Of a DNA stretch of 64,000 bases, positions 48,437-61,400 are shown one piece after another. Source of the stretch: Squalus acanthias (taxonomy: Eukaryota). The stretch covers positions 17,050,001 to 17,114,000 of the forward strand of contig CM059438.1 of NCBI GenBank assembly GCA_030390025.1, written 5' to 3'. The number at the start of each line of letters is the position of its first letter. The stretch's first letter is position 1. Position numbers and translations under genes: made by a program. The notes under the pieces were generated by a model that saw nothing but the letters and a program-made list of their open reading frames with translations, did no database searches and was not told the DNA's origin.

Positions 48437-48830
48437 CTATTTTTTCCACTTATTGGGCATTGTACACTATTTGTTTCACTTATTGGGCATTGTACACTAT
48501 TTGTTTCACTTATTGGGCATTGTACACTATTTGTTTCACTTATTGGGCATTGTACACTATTTGTTTCACTTATTGGGCATTGTACACTATTTGTTTCACT
48601 TATTGGGCATTGTACACTATTTGTTTCACTTATTGGGCATTGTACACTATTTGTTTCACTTATTGGGCATTGTACACTATTTGTTTCACTTATTGGGCAT
48701 TGTACACTATTTGTTTCACTTATTGGGCATTGTACACTATTTGTTTCACTTATTGGGCATTGTACACTATTTGTTTCACTTATTGGGCATTGTACACTAT
48801 TGGTTTCACTTACTGTGCATTGTACACTAT
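48437..48830. repeat. 30-bp minisatellite, about 13 copies
   Basis: Unit TATTGGGCATTGTACACTATTTGTTTCACT. Eleven identical copies at 48451-48780, variant copies at both edges, no spacers. Confidence 0.98.
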
Positions 48831-49469
48831 GAAGCTATTTATGCCCCCAACAATTCCCAGTGCGTAAAGAAGGGTCAACAGGTGACATTAATCACATTTT
48901 CCCACAAACAATTTAACATCCTTCTCTTGTATGGCATTATTTAACTGCACAATTTGTAGGACGGTAATGTTTACCTGGGTGCAGCCAGGGCACAGTCAAG
49001 GCCACATGAAGCCAGAATAAATGTTTGGAATTCAATTTGCACAGCCCCTGTGCAGTGTTAATTATTGATATGAAAACAGCTAGGGCACTTATTTATCATA
49101 CAGACAGAAAATGACTTAATTAACTGCGACCAACAAATGAGGCTTTCTCCCTCCCGTTTTCATTTGAAGCTACAATATATATTTTATCATTCATCCACAG
49201 TAAATGTCTTATACGACTTTAAATTCAAGATTATAATTTCTCTTTAAGATATCCAGACGGGAGTTGATTTTTTTAAAAAGGTGGAAAGAAAGAAAAAGAG
49301 CAGCATGTGTGTGCAGAGGAAAATACGTGTAGGTGAGGTCAGGATTAAAAAGAGCTTGCAAGCAAGAAGAAAAAACATATGGGGTAAATTGTATCAGAAA
49401 CTCAAATGGGAAGGTTTTAACTAGATTAAAGCAACTTCCTTAAAGGCCCAGGGGGTAAATTCACTGCAT

Positions 49470-49800
49470 GCTGTGGTACTGAGCCACGGACTATCGGGTT
49501 ACAATTCGCAGCCTGGTCTTTGCCAGGGCAGTGATGGAGATACTACAAACTGGCCTCAGTGTCCCAAGCTGTGGGGTGGGGCTAATCAGCCAGCTCTGCT
49601 GCTCCCAATCAGTATCCAGTGATCCCTGCTGGAAAGTAAACATAGATGATAGGCAAGGACAGGATCAGCCTCAGCTATGACACCAACCCCCCCAAAGTCA
49701 AAGTCAAACAATTGCTGTCCAGGCTCATATATGAAGAATGATCATTTGAGCAAAAAAACTGTCAGGCCACTGACACCTGTGGAACTTAAGGAAAAGGGGG
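49470..49800 (+). mobile_element. Second SINE-like family copy
   Basis: GTACTGAGCCAC...TACAAACTGGCCTCAGTG...TATCCAGTGATCCCTGCTGGAAAGT...GGACAGGATC, colinear with the 32780 copy. Confidence 0.65.
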
Positions 49801-49929
49801 GTGGGAAGAGAAAATATAGGTTTCAATGAACTAAAATTCACTTTTTATGGGAGTAAAGGAAAGTGCACTACAGTGTGTGGTCAAGAGCAACTTCTCTCAA
49901 GTTGAACCAGAAGTTCATAGTGATGGCAA

Positions 49930-50335
49930 GTGTCAGCCTTGGCTCAGTTGGTAGCACTCTCACCTCTGAGTCAGCAAGCTGTGGGTTCAAGTCCCACTCC
50001 AGAGACTTGAGCACAAAAATCTAGGCTGACACTGCAGTGTAGGACTGAGGGTGTGCTGCACTGTCGGAGGTGCCAACTCGCGGATGAGCTCTAAAACCAA
50101 TCTGCCCTCTCAGGTGGTACTAGTCAAAGAAGAGCAGGCGTGCACTCCTTGATGTCCTGACCAATATTTACCCTTCAACCAATACCAAAAACAGATGATC
50201 TGATCATTTTTGCAAATTGGCTGCTACGTTTCCTACATTACAACAGTGACTACACTGCAAAAAGTACTTCATTGGATGTAAAGTATTTTGGGGTCGTGAA
50301 AGGCACTTTATAAATTCAAGTTCTTTCTTTTCTTT
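49930..50335 (+). mobile_element. Full-length tRNA-headed Deu/SacSINE1-like SINE
   Basis: A box TGGCTCAGTTGG, B box GGTTCAAGTCC, body colinear with the 9672 copy, tail TATAAATTCAAGTTCTTTCTTT. Confidence 0.85.
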
Positions 50336-51779
50336 ATAAACATGTCAATCTCACTTTGCCATTACACTTCAGCTAAAGATTCATACATCTATTTCTGGAT
50401 TTGACTCCAAAAGCGTCTCTTGAATGGTTTGCCACAGTTGGTATTGGAAACCGACCTTTGACCTGATCACCAACACATATACAGACGAATCATCTTAACC
50501 ATTACAATCTACAGGGATTGCACAATTTAAATACAATCATACGTGGTATGACATGGTATTCAATGTACTCCAGCAACACCCAGGTACACTGAGGGTTTAC
50601 ATCCACAATAACTACCCCCCACCCCCAGTAAAAATTATCATTGCACCTCTGTTGCGTGAAGGTTATAGAATTTTGCCAGACAGCAGGAGAGTTGTTCTAT
50701 GGCACCTTCTAGCAGCTGGTTAGAACAAAACTGGCACTGACCTATCTACTCAGCAGTGAAGCAGAACCTGGCAATATACAGCTCACTGACTGGATCAGAG
50801 GTCTACGATAATGATGCATAAGTATGCACTAGCCAAAATTTACATCCAAAAGGTATACTCTCCTAAAACTGCCTGAGACTAGAACAAAACAATGTGGTGT
50901 CCTTTCAGTTTTAGGGCATCCAATAACGAGAAATGCAGTGTTTGGTTTTAGTACTGTGCACTTCACAATGCATCATGGAACGATGAACCTTTTGTGTCAT
51001 ACAACTGCATGACGCATTATGACTTAGCCTGTGCAATTAACCGGAATTATCTTTTTTGTAGAATTGTACAAATGGTAATATCGTAGCACTATTTCACCAT
51101 TATTACTTTCTTGAATATTCCCACAGATACAGTCCCAACACTATCCCATCCCAAATAAGGTCCAATCTAAGGGATTTACCAGCTGGAGGGTAACGGCCAC
51201 CTGGCATCTTCAAGTTGCTTCTGTGATATTACCATGTGCATGTAGTTCAGGCAGAACGGATTCAGGTTAATTGGTAATAAACTCACTTCAGATTGAGTTC
51301 TTCAATTTAGAAATGGAGGTACAGAAATAAGAACTGATTCAGTTTGGTATACTCACGAAGCATCGCATCACAAAGTCACATTTGACAGTGTGCGATATAC
51401 ACATACATAAAATATATGTAGCGCGCTTCAATGACCCACACACTTTAAGGCAGTGCAGAAAGGCAGGATAACTTGCTACACTTACACAGATCTGCGCATG
51501 CTAAATTGGAGCATGAAACAGATGTTGAACTGGCAATAAAGAATAACTAGCACGGGTGCAATCTACCACCACATCACCAGAAGAGCTAATACCCGCTGGA
51601 GACCTGAACAATGACGCTTGTCGAGGTAAATGCAATATTGATCAGGAATCCCTGCAATATGGGTACTGGCAATATGGACATTTAACACGCTAAAGAAACC
51701 AAAACAAAAGAAACTAGCACAGGATTTCTGATATTTTTATCATGAGAAGTTATAAATTTCTAAGTTATTTCTTCCTCTC

Positions 51780-52000
51780 TCCTTTTTCCCTTCCCAATTT
51801 ACTTCCCTCATGTTGACAGTAGGGAAAGAGCTGGGGTAATCATAGTCCAGCCTGATCCTGTACTCACCCAGTGTCTAGACGTAGACACACACACTTTCTT
51901 CCAGGAATAACTGATTAGCAATTAAGAGCAGCCATCCATACCAATTCTTCTCTCTAACCCAGGGGCACTGAGGTCAACTGTAGCATCCCTGCTGCCTTTG
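51780..52000 (-). mobile_element. Partial copy of the second SINE-like family
   Basis: CCTGATCCTGTACTCACCC...CTAACCCAGGGGCACTGAGGTCAACTGTAGC is reverse-complementary to the 49470 copy. Confidence 0.55.
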
Positions 52001-55000
52001 TAGGTGCCTTATGCTGAAGGTTAGGAAACAGTAAACCTAAGGGGACAATATCTGCTTTTATAAACTAGAATGTTAATCTTCCCATTTTATTTAAGAGCAG
52101 CCAATTCCTTCCACTTTCTGCAGTTGGAGTTTGTTCTCTCGAATTTCATTACTCTTACCAGCGGAAACCGGCCCAATCAGGATTCACCTGCAATAATGCC
52201 CAAGTGGCTTACGGGCCTATTAACTAGTAAAATACCACTCAGCTCTGGAGTGAGTAGGAAACTGCACATTAAGCAGAGCAGCAAAAATCTGTACACCCAA
52301 TTTCCATGACGTGGTCATTTTCAACTTTCAAAAAAAAGATTTATAGACCTAGGGCATCAGAAGCTAAGTATATACTTGTGTAATCAAGCCAGCATTTAAA
52401 ATCAGAAAAAAGTAAGCTACAATTCAAGTTTTAAAAATTGTGCCCATTGTTTATTTGTATTGATTGTACGGGAAATATTTCAATTAATGTATTAGTTATC
52501 TCTAGTTTTCTCTGTGCTTGTAATGATCAAATTTAAACAACCCAACCGTGAGGTTTTCAACTCCCCATGAGAGTCAACTATATAGTCGGTCGGTGCATCC
52601 GGGTTTTTCAACAGTGTCCCGTTCATCTGTATAAAGTACCCCTGAGCCCGGTGCTGTTCAGCTGATTATCAAGTGCAGTTCAAAAGCTGCATGGTAGTTG
52701 CTGGGGTAGATGCTTAGTCTTAGGTGCAGTCTGCGCTCCTGGCAGCCTTCTCCTACCAATGGCAACACTGAATCAGTGAAGGCAATAAATGCAGCAAAAC
52801 CCATGCTGAAAAAATACTTTGCTAAAGAGATTAACAGCGCCATCGTTGAATTAACTCCGGGTGATCGAGTGAGCTAATTCCTACCTAGTTGTTTTAATTT
52901 GCCCAGCAGAAAACTGCCACATCTTTCTCGGAAAGCTCATTAACAAGCCTTAATAAGCAAAAGACAGTTACCAAATTTACTCTTTTTGGGGGTTGGAAAA
53001 CATATAGAGGCACACAAAAAGAAAAAAAAAACTGGCAGTTTCAACTTATTTCCTGGTCTGCCATCAGTTTTAATGCCCATCTTCGTCACTGTCATTTAAC
53101 AAGAGTGGAAGTACCCTCCCATTAATAGCTAACTTACTCAACAGGAAGCTACACAGTAGTTAAATGACCTGACATTGCAATCAATTCATTCGCTAGTACC
53201 CCAATATGGTGCCAATGCCCCCTGGTGGATAACCCATTCCTGGACAGGACTGTGGATGCCCCGGTCGAGAAATGTTATCAAACGGCAAAGGAAGCTTGCT
53301 GTGTCAATAGCATCAACTAGAACCTAGTACTGTACAGGACTTGGGCTGGAGGGGCATCCCATAACTTGGCTACAGGTCTGCAGTAGCCAACAGCAGCACC
53401 AGATAGAACTTGCTCCTTCACTGCATGTATTCTCTGTCCCAAGCATAGAACATTTCTTGGGTCAACCTCCAACGAACCATGAATGATGGAGATACTGCAG
53501 GTCCCAAAGTGGTCTGTGTATTTTAGTAGTACTGCTACCTGGCCGAGGTCAGTTAACTCAACGCAAATCAGAAATCAAAACTGAGACATCAACTATTCAA
53601 TGCCATAACCTGCTGAGCTGACAGTATTGAATCTATGCATCTCAACCTGCGCACAAAAACAAATCAATGGCAAGATCTATCAGCCAACTAAGCTATGTAC
53701 CTACAAGCCAGCAGTAAAATCTGTTCTTTTAGTAAACCATCGCATGATGATCTCTATTCCTGTGATCCGTCTCTCCTCCTAAATTCTGCTTCAGTAAGTA
53801 AAACAGCAAGTCTGAACACGGATGATGAAAACGTCCAAAAAGCTAAGATGTTTCAATTTATAAATGATGGTGAATTGATATGCTTACGCAACTTTGTGTT
53901 ACAACTTTAAATTTCTAAAAACAAAACCTGCAATAGAAAATGCAGAGCACAAAGTTCATGAATTCTGACATGAAGATCATCACAAAACATGCTAACAGGA
54001 GTTTTAACCTGTAACAGCTCAAAATAAATTTGAGCTAAACCTTCACATTAGCTTTCTAAATTCTGTCCCAGGGAGGCTGGAGCAGGCAAGAGCTTACCTG
54101 ACCAAAGAAAGGAAAAAAACCTTAAAATGTGAATACTGTAGTTGAGGTGGAGACTGGGCAGAAATAATCAGAACCTCGCCTGAGTGATCAAACTGTGGAT
54201 TTCCCTGCATTCTATCAGCCTCTACTTTTGTGATATGTGCACAGAAAGAGACTTCATACTTAAAAAGAAACATATTAACTGATGCAAACTGAAGGAAAAG
54301 TATAATTTGCTGCAGTCAGGAAAGCTATATTGTAATGTCTGCCATTTAGGCATCATTATGTGGTGGATCAGTGGAGCAGACTGCCTGTTCGACCCTCATA
54401 GAAATTAATTCAGATTCAACTGGTGCTGTGAGCTTGCAAAATTTATAGATATTCGAGCTTACAAATGCAAAAGTAGCTTGTGATTCCATCCCTGGTATTC
54501 CATGTTTTTTTTTTAAACCTTTATTCTGTCTCTTCCTCTTCCCCACCACCATTCCCAAGCTGAGGCAGATAACCAGATCTAAGGCCCCTTACCTATGGCC
54601 CTCTATAATCAAGCAAAAGAACCATGACCAGTCCTCAGATTTCAAATCCCGGCAGAAAGTGGCTTGCATCAGTCTGTCCCTCCCCAAAGAGGGGGTTGGA
54701 TCTTCATGGAGTGAGGGGTCACAAGCAAGAATCCGTGAGCCACTGGGCAGAAAACCTCTAATATGAATGCTATGAAAAAGAGCTCTATGGAACCACAGAA
54801 CATTAATTTTACCATAAACTGAAAAATTTTAATCATATTTTTATTTTGGTGCAGTAGTCAAGGCCCAATACACAGGCAAGACTGCAATTTGAATGGTGAT
54901 TTCTGGAAAACAGTTCTACTGTGGGAAAGCTTTTTTTTTTATTTATTTTTTGAGCTAGGCAAGCAGTTCAGACTCCAAAAGGACGGCAATTAATTTCTTA

Positions 55001-55536
55001 TATTTTTTGCCAGGTGTGCAGACATTTCACAGACATCCTTGAACTTCCAATTTTCACAAATAGCTTTATGTATACTTTTATGTATAATTTTAAAAGAACA
55101 GACAGAATAGGTACAAGTACCATTCGGAAGTGCCCAGATGGAAATTGTGCAAATGCGCGGCCTGACCAACAGCACCCGTCCATTTACAAACCACCTGACC
55201 GTGGAGGCAGCAGAAACAATGCCTGGCGTGAAATTATATTTGAAAAGGTTTATTTTTTTCCACCGGAAAGCAATTTATCCCTGGCAAAATTACAAGTGGA
55301 ACATTCTGGCACTGAATGCACAACAATGACATTTAAATTCAATTACATTGCTGATGCACATTATTGAAAATGTATAAGTACACAAACAACATTCAACATC
55401 ACTTAGTTCTGATGCAGACATGGATCTCCCCTAATGCCTTCTGAGTAAAGAAAAATTCAGAAGAATTTCATCTGAATTGCACTCTGATCCCAGAAACAAA
55501 CAGCATTATCAGTGAAGAGTTTTTCCCTTTACCTAC

Positions 55537-55669
55537 CTGTTTTGGGGTCCACATCTGCTGGTAAGTGTGGTGGAGGGTTACCTGGTGTGAAGTGTTCATT
55601 GCTGTATGTTATCAGTGGCGTTAGCGGGTGGACATGGTGGGGGTGTTGCACAACGGGTACTTTGTTAGA
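55537..55669 (-). CDS. TCF7L2: TCF7L2 133-nt exon (most 5' exon found in the window)
   Basis: ttttggcag|TCTAAC...ACAG|gtaggt; [44 protein letters not shown](G). Confidence 0.97.
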
Positions 55670-58321
55670 CTGCCAAAAGAAAGACAGGAAAAAAGTGGGT
55701 TAGACAACAGCAACCAACCAATGAACCATGACTTAGACTAATGGCATTGAGTTGAAGGAGGGGGGGGGGGGGGGAGAATATTTAACAGCCTTTTGCTAAA
55801 TCCCCCAACAGGGGACATTTGAACAGATTAAGTGTTGCCAAAACTCAAGAGGCCTGCATTAGATGATGAATGGTTCAGATCAGATTTTATTTTGATATAT
55901 GTCATCTCTCTTCTGTTTCCAATTTAAAAAAAATTGTAACAAAGGAGAGTAATTTGAATCACTCTGTTGTAAAGCAACCATATCTGTTACTATTTATTAA
56001 TCAGGTTTTAGTTACTTAGCAAACATCCATATTTCACCAAGTCAACACCCAAAAGAAAAATCCATTAAATATGAACCATCTCAAACTAGGGAATCAGTGT
56101 CCAAAAAGGTCATCCAAAGAGAGAGAAATTATTAAAATACAAGCCTCTTTGGGTTGCAATGATAGACAACTGTGATCACAATGAAAGAAATGCTTTGCTT
56201 TTACCTGGTATATTTAGCTTGGTTTATGAATTGTCAGGAAACAAAAACATCACCTGGTCTTGTCCATTTTAATGACTCCAATTCAACATGCCCCTGATAC
56301 TCCATAATCATTGTACCTTTACTGTCCAACAGACCAATTACAGGTGCAATAATTAATAAAAAGCCAATTTCGATTAATGCCAATATAAAAATAAGCACAG
56401 TAATCAAAACACTTATTCTTCATACAACAATGAACCTTTATGATAAATTAGATCTAACACAGTTATTGTATTATGAAATTAAAGGACAACACGCTATATA
56501 AAAAAAGAATGGAGATATAACGCGTTCAAGGAAATATTTCCACACAGGTCTTCTCAATATACAGAAAAGAGACAACAGTTTGTCATCATCAAGTCTGCTT
56601 TATTGAATTAGTGCCATACAGTTATATATATTACACACGCAATCACATGGGAAAGTGAGTACGTGTTTTAAATTGGGTCCTTGTTAACTATTTGAGGACT
56701 GAAAATCCGAGAGTAAACAGATTAAAGATTCACAGTAAAATAAAAATCTGAAAATGCCACGTTCCAGGAGACAGTGTTATCTATGTACTACTACTTAGTG
56801 TCTCTATTACTTTGTATGTGGGCCCACCAGTGACATCTAGCAGCACTACTCTGGTACTACATTATTATGTTAAAAAGCTGATTTAAAACATTTATCCAAA
56901 AGGTGTAGTTTTAAGAGAATATTCTTGAACGTATGAAACCATAATGGTATTACATTATCTGATTCTATTTCAGTTACACAACACCAAGTATGCAAAAAAC
57001 TCATTTGTGCAGCTACTTGAAAAGATGTGCCTATTTTGAAGACCACAATTGAGGTGCAGGATCTGCAGGGTTAATATTGTCACTATTTGGACTTTTGATG
57101 TAACAGTAACAAACAACCACCAGCCCCTTTTTTTAAAAAAAAACAGATCTGCTTCCCATTGAAACAAATGAGAAGTAAAACCTTGAACTTTGGCATGAAG
57201 ATTTCATCATGATGCTACAGGGCATTTCAGGCAGTGGAATTGCAGCTGCTTGCTCTTTGGGAGAAGGCTCTGTCCACTGGCATCATAAGCCTCCTGTAAG
57301 TTTATGCTTCGGAAAGAATTTGCTGTAGAATCCTGCGAGCAAACAGCAGGAGGCTACAGCTAGTTATTTACTGTCTACAGTCTGTCCTGCTTCTAATTGG
57401 CGCCTGCTACTGTAGTAATGAGTTTACATTGAGGCGTGGACAATACAGAGTAGATCATGATTCAGTTTCTTCCCCTTCATAAATGTTTTGAAAGCCCCAT
57501 CTCATCATCAACAAACTAATTTCAATTGTAATGAAACATTTGCTCACAAAAAAAAAATCAATTAGGACCCAATACAATCTGACTTCAGTCCATCTCATTT
57601 TAGAGATTCCTTGGATCCTGCACCACTTTTCCCTTCCAAATCTACATTTTATTATGCAAGGTTAATATTTCGACCAAATTAGCCAAGACGAACTTTAACT
57701 TAAAATGCATTAACACATAGGAAAACAGTAAGTTAGAACATTACCTCCTTTTGCAAAGATCACAGGTCTAATGCAGCCTAGAGTAAAGGGGATAGAATAT
57801 TTCCTAAGGAAGTGCGAACAGGAAAAGAATCTCAGTCATCCAGCTTCCTCAGCTGTACCAGGACCTGATCTGATGTAGCCTTTAAACCACCCCCTCGCTG
57901 ATGAATCAGGAATTGATCCAACTCCCTTTTGAATGCCTTGCTGGGGTTCAAAAGTCAATTAATCCAACTGAGAAGTACGCCTTAAGCTAAGTTCAACTCA
58001 TGCCTGCATTTCTAGCTTATAAATAATGAGCCTGGTTCTTTGTTTTTGCACAAAATAGCTCTCTACATCCATCTCATCAATTTCTTGTATTATTTTAAAG
58101 GCTTGGATATTATTCTCTTCTAGCCTTCTACACTGATAGAAATAAGATTTAGCCTCCATTCATGACACTGTGATCTTAAATCTGGAATCATACAATATTT
58201 TCCACTACACCTACATTTTTTGTTAAGTCACAGTGGCTGTGCCTGTACACAGCATTTATTCTCCCTCCATTGGCTGCAAGGGTCCCAAATGAGTTTGTAC
58301 AAGTCTCAATCCAGATTTCAT

Positions 58322-58493
58322 AGAATCATAGAAGAATCAGAGATTTACGGTACAGGAGGCCGCCATTTGGCCCATTGTGTCTGTGCCGGCCGAAAAAGAG
58401 CTATCCAGCCTAAACCCACTTTCCAGCTCTTGGTCCATAGCCCTGTAGGTTACGGCACTTCAAGTGCATATCCAAGTACTTTTTAAATGCGAA
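58322..58493 (-). mobile_element. Short CR1 3'-end insertion with a 7-bp TSD
   Basis: (CATAGAAT)n tail and GGCC..ATTTGGCCC hairpin; ATTTCAT duplicated at 58315-58321 and 58494-58500. Confidence 0.8.
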
Positions 58494-61400
58494 ATTTCAT
58501 TTGGCACAAATCTACAGCACAAAACTACTCATTATGTGGCACTAAATAATGAATCAGTCTCACTCCGAGAAGCCATAAGAATTGTTGATGTGGAAAGTCA
58601 TATCTATGTGGAAGTGGGTACTTGCTATTGTTTGGATTGAAGTGCATTGTTGAGGCTTTCCAGGATGTAGCCAGTGCTTTACCTGGCCTGAGAGTGCTTG
58701 ATATAATGGATTCAAATAGCAGGAAAGTATTTCACTTCCAGGATAACATCCCATGCCTAATAAGGAACACAAAATTCGCCAAAAATGTAAAACAAAATTG
58801 CTTCTTGGAAGAATAATTCAAAACTAACATAACGAAATAGAAGATAGCAAAGTCACCACCGGAATCATTTTTTTCAAGTGATTTAATAGAGCGTGAAAAC
58901 AGAGAGAGAGAAAAGAGAAAAAGCAAAGAAAACAAAAAAGAGGGAGAAAAGAACAAACCAAAGAATGAAAGAATAAAAGAAACACTTCTCTCTCCAAGAA
59001 GAAAAGTACAATATTTGCTTGGATTCACATTCATTTTTTAAAAACTAAAATTAATATTGTTCACTAAGAGACAGCCCAACACAACATAGCAAACCACCAG
59101 TTTACGTTCCGCCCAAATGTATATTTGCATCATCCGACATTGCAGTCCAATTGACTAGTGCTCCCAAGTTAATTTGGAATTTGGTTGCCCTTTAAAACCC
59201 ATTAGGTAATAAAGCATTCAGGTGCTACAAGCAACTTGTAGAGCACACTGAATAGCGATAAGGTAAAAGGCAGCTACAATCCGTAACACAATACAGCTCT
59301 TCAGATTACATCATCAATCGTGCAAACAAAGCTAAGCATGAAAGATGGACTACAAGGTAGTAATAGGGCCGAGAAGAAAGTTGCTCGATAGCAAATACCG
59401 CAAAATGTGGGAATGAATTATGCCTGGAGCACATTTTATATATTCATACACAAATCTCCAGGACAGTGATATTGTACATCAAGAAAAGTACATTTATCAG
59501 ATAAATGTCATCTATTAAGACAAAATAGTAATGGAGGGAGACCTATTCAACCCATTATCTTCTCATTTTTCTAATTTGGGGTTTGTTTATTTTGGTTTAA
59601 TGTATCTAATGTGTAAATAATAGAAATATATGCAGAATTTCAACAACGATAGGTCTGAATGCTTTTTATGTACTTTTACATCTGTCGGGAAATATTTGCA
59701 TTTACTATATTTTCAAGTCAGTGAAACTTTTGAAGAGGATGTGTATGAGCACCCCCTTATTATAAATGATTAGCTTGGACTCTATAAAAAAATAAAAAAT
59801 AAAAATTTTTTTAAACTGTGGCTTCTAGTAACATGCAAAGGAGAAAAATACTCTAATTTTTCAGAGCCTGAAGAAGCTAAAAATAATATGTAGCGTTCAA
59901 ATGACAAGATTCAATGAAGCACCCCAAGTTAGTAACTGTACTGATGTTAATTCAGTTCCCTGACAGAGATTTCCCAATCTGGTCATCAGCGCCTACAGTA
60001 ACAGCTTGATTTTTAAATAGCACTGATGAGTCTCGAACACTCACAGCCCTAATCACATATCACCAGCTGAATTCAGTAAAAACTACTAAATCCACTTTTG
60101 CTCTGAACTAAAGGTAACTTGTGTAAATAGGTAATAACTCAGTACTGCACGGAAAAAATGATACAAAATGTGTCATTTTTAATATGGCAAGGATACCCCC
60201 TCCCTAATTCTTAAAGCTTTTAATTTTGTTCCTTCAGGAACAAAGTGACACCGCGCACCAGATAATTTTTCTACCTGAAAATAATGAACGCATTTGATTG
60301 TAAAATAGGAAGCATCGCTGCTTTATACACTTAGGATAAAAAAAAACCAGCATCAAGATAATCAGTGCATCAGCTTGATATGTGGCCCATTTGTTCAGCT
60401 TTGTTATTAAGAGTTCTCTCCGGTATTACTTACTTGTAGGGTGGGGAATAGAGAGAGGCAATAGTATTCTGTTTATTTTATTAAGTAACGCTGAGTATTT
60501 ATTTTTGGAATGGGTGAGGAGGGGGGATCAAGATATTATTTATTAAAAAAAAGGCTTTTTTATAATAGATGTGTCGGTTTCAACCTATATATGCCAAGGG
60601 CAGTTGCGGTGATTTTTCATTATCCGGGCACTTCCCCCTGCCCAAAATGTGTCCAGCAAAAGAGAAGTATGATAAAATGGGAAATATAAAAATTATAATT
60701 GCCTATAGATAGAGCCACTGCTTTACAGTGGCTGAATGTGTCAAATTCGGTTTTTATTGCACGAGACTGATTAGGGATTAGGGATCACATTCTGTGATGC
60801 TGCCCATTTTTCCTGTGTAAACCACAAACCAGTGGCCTTGCCTGTAGGTCACTCCTGAACGGAAACAAGCGCAAGTATAAAATGTGTGCCTCTTTGTACC
60901 AGATTGTATAGTCCTGCTATCCAATACTCAAGCGCGCACATTATTCACTTTTCTCTCTCACCCCAGTCTTCTTCTCTTATTGAGGTCATCCCTCCTACCC
61001 CTCACCAGTGGAGATCATATCTATTTTTATCCCTTTGGTGGAATTGTTTTCCTTTAATTATGGTAGCCAACAAATTACATTCAGTGGGAAACTATATAAA
61101 ATAATCTTGTCATTTTTCTCCATTTAAAACTGTGTTATTTGGGATTTACATGAAGGGAAAGAGGATGTTAGAATATTAAGCTGCTGCCAGGGGAGGAAAT
61201 GGAGGAAATGCCTGTAGGAAGTGGGACTGTCCATCAAACAGTGGCAGTAGGCAGGCTGCGAAGGGAAACCCCTCCTCTTGGACCATTGCACAACACTTTA
61301 CCCAGGAAACTCTAGAGTCAACCTCTGACCTTTCAAGTGTACTTAAGCGTCACATTCCAAATAAGCTGCAGTGGGAGATGTTTCACTAGGGTGGACCCTA

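Noticed and set aside
48362-48944. Three long repeat-protein ORFs / CRISPR-like appearance
   Set aside because: Head-to-tail 30-bp minisatellite with no spacers and no cas genes; the ORFs exist only because the unit lacks stops.
49935-50005. tRNA gene
   Set aside because: A and B boxes are present but run directly into a SINE body; this is the SINE head.
29682-55669. Assignment to TCF7L1, TCF7 or LEF1 instead of TCF7L2
   Set aside because: The combination of LVPQ, SFLSx, both CRARF and CRALF exons, the 25-nt exon, the GEKKSAFATY M tail and the PLSLVTKSLE end fits TCF7L2.
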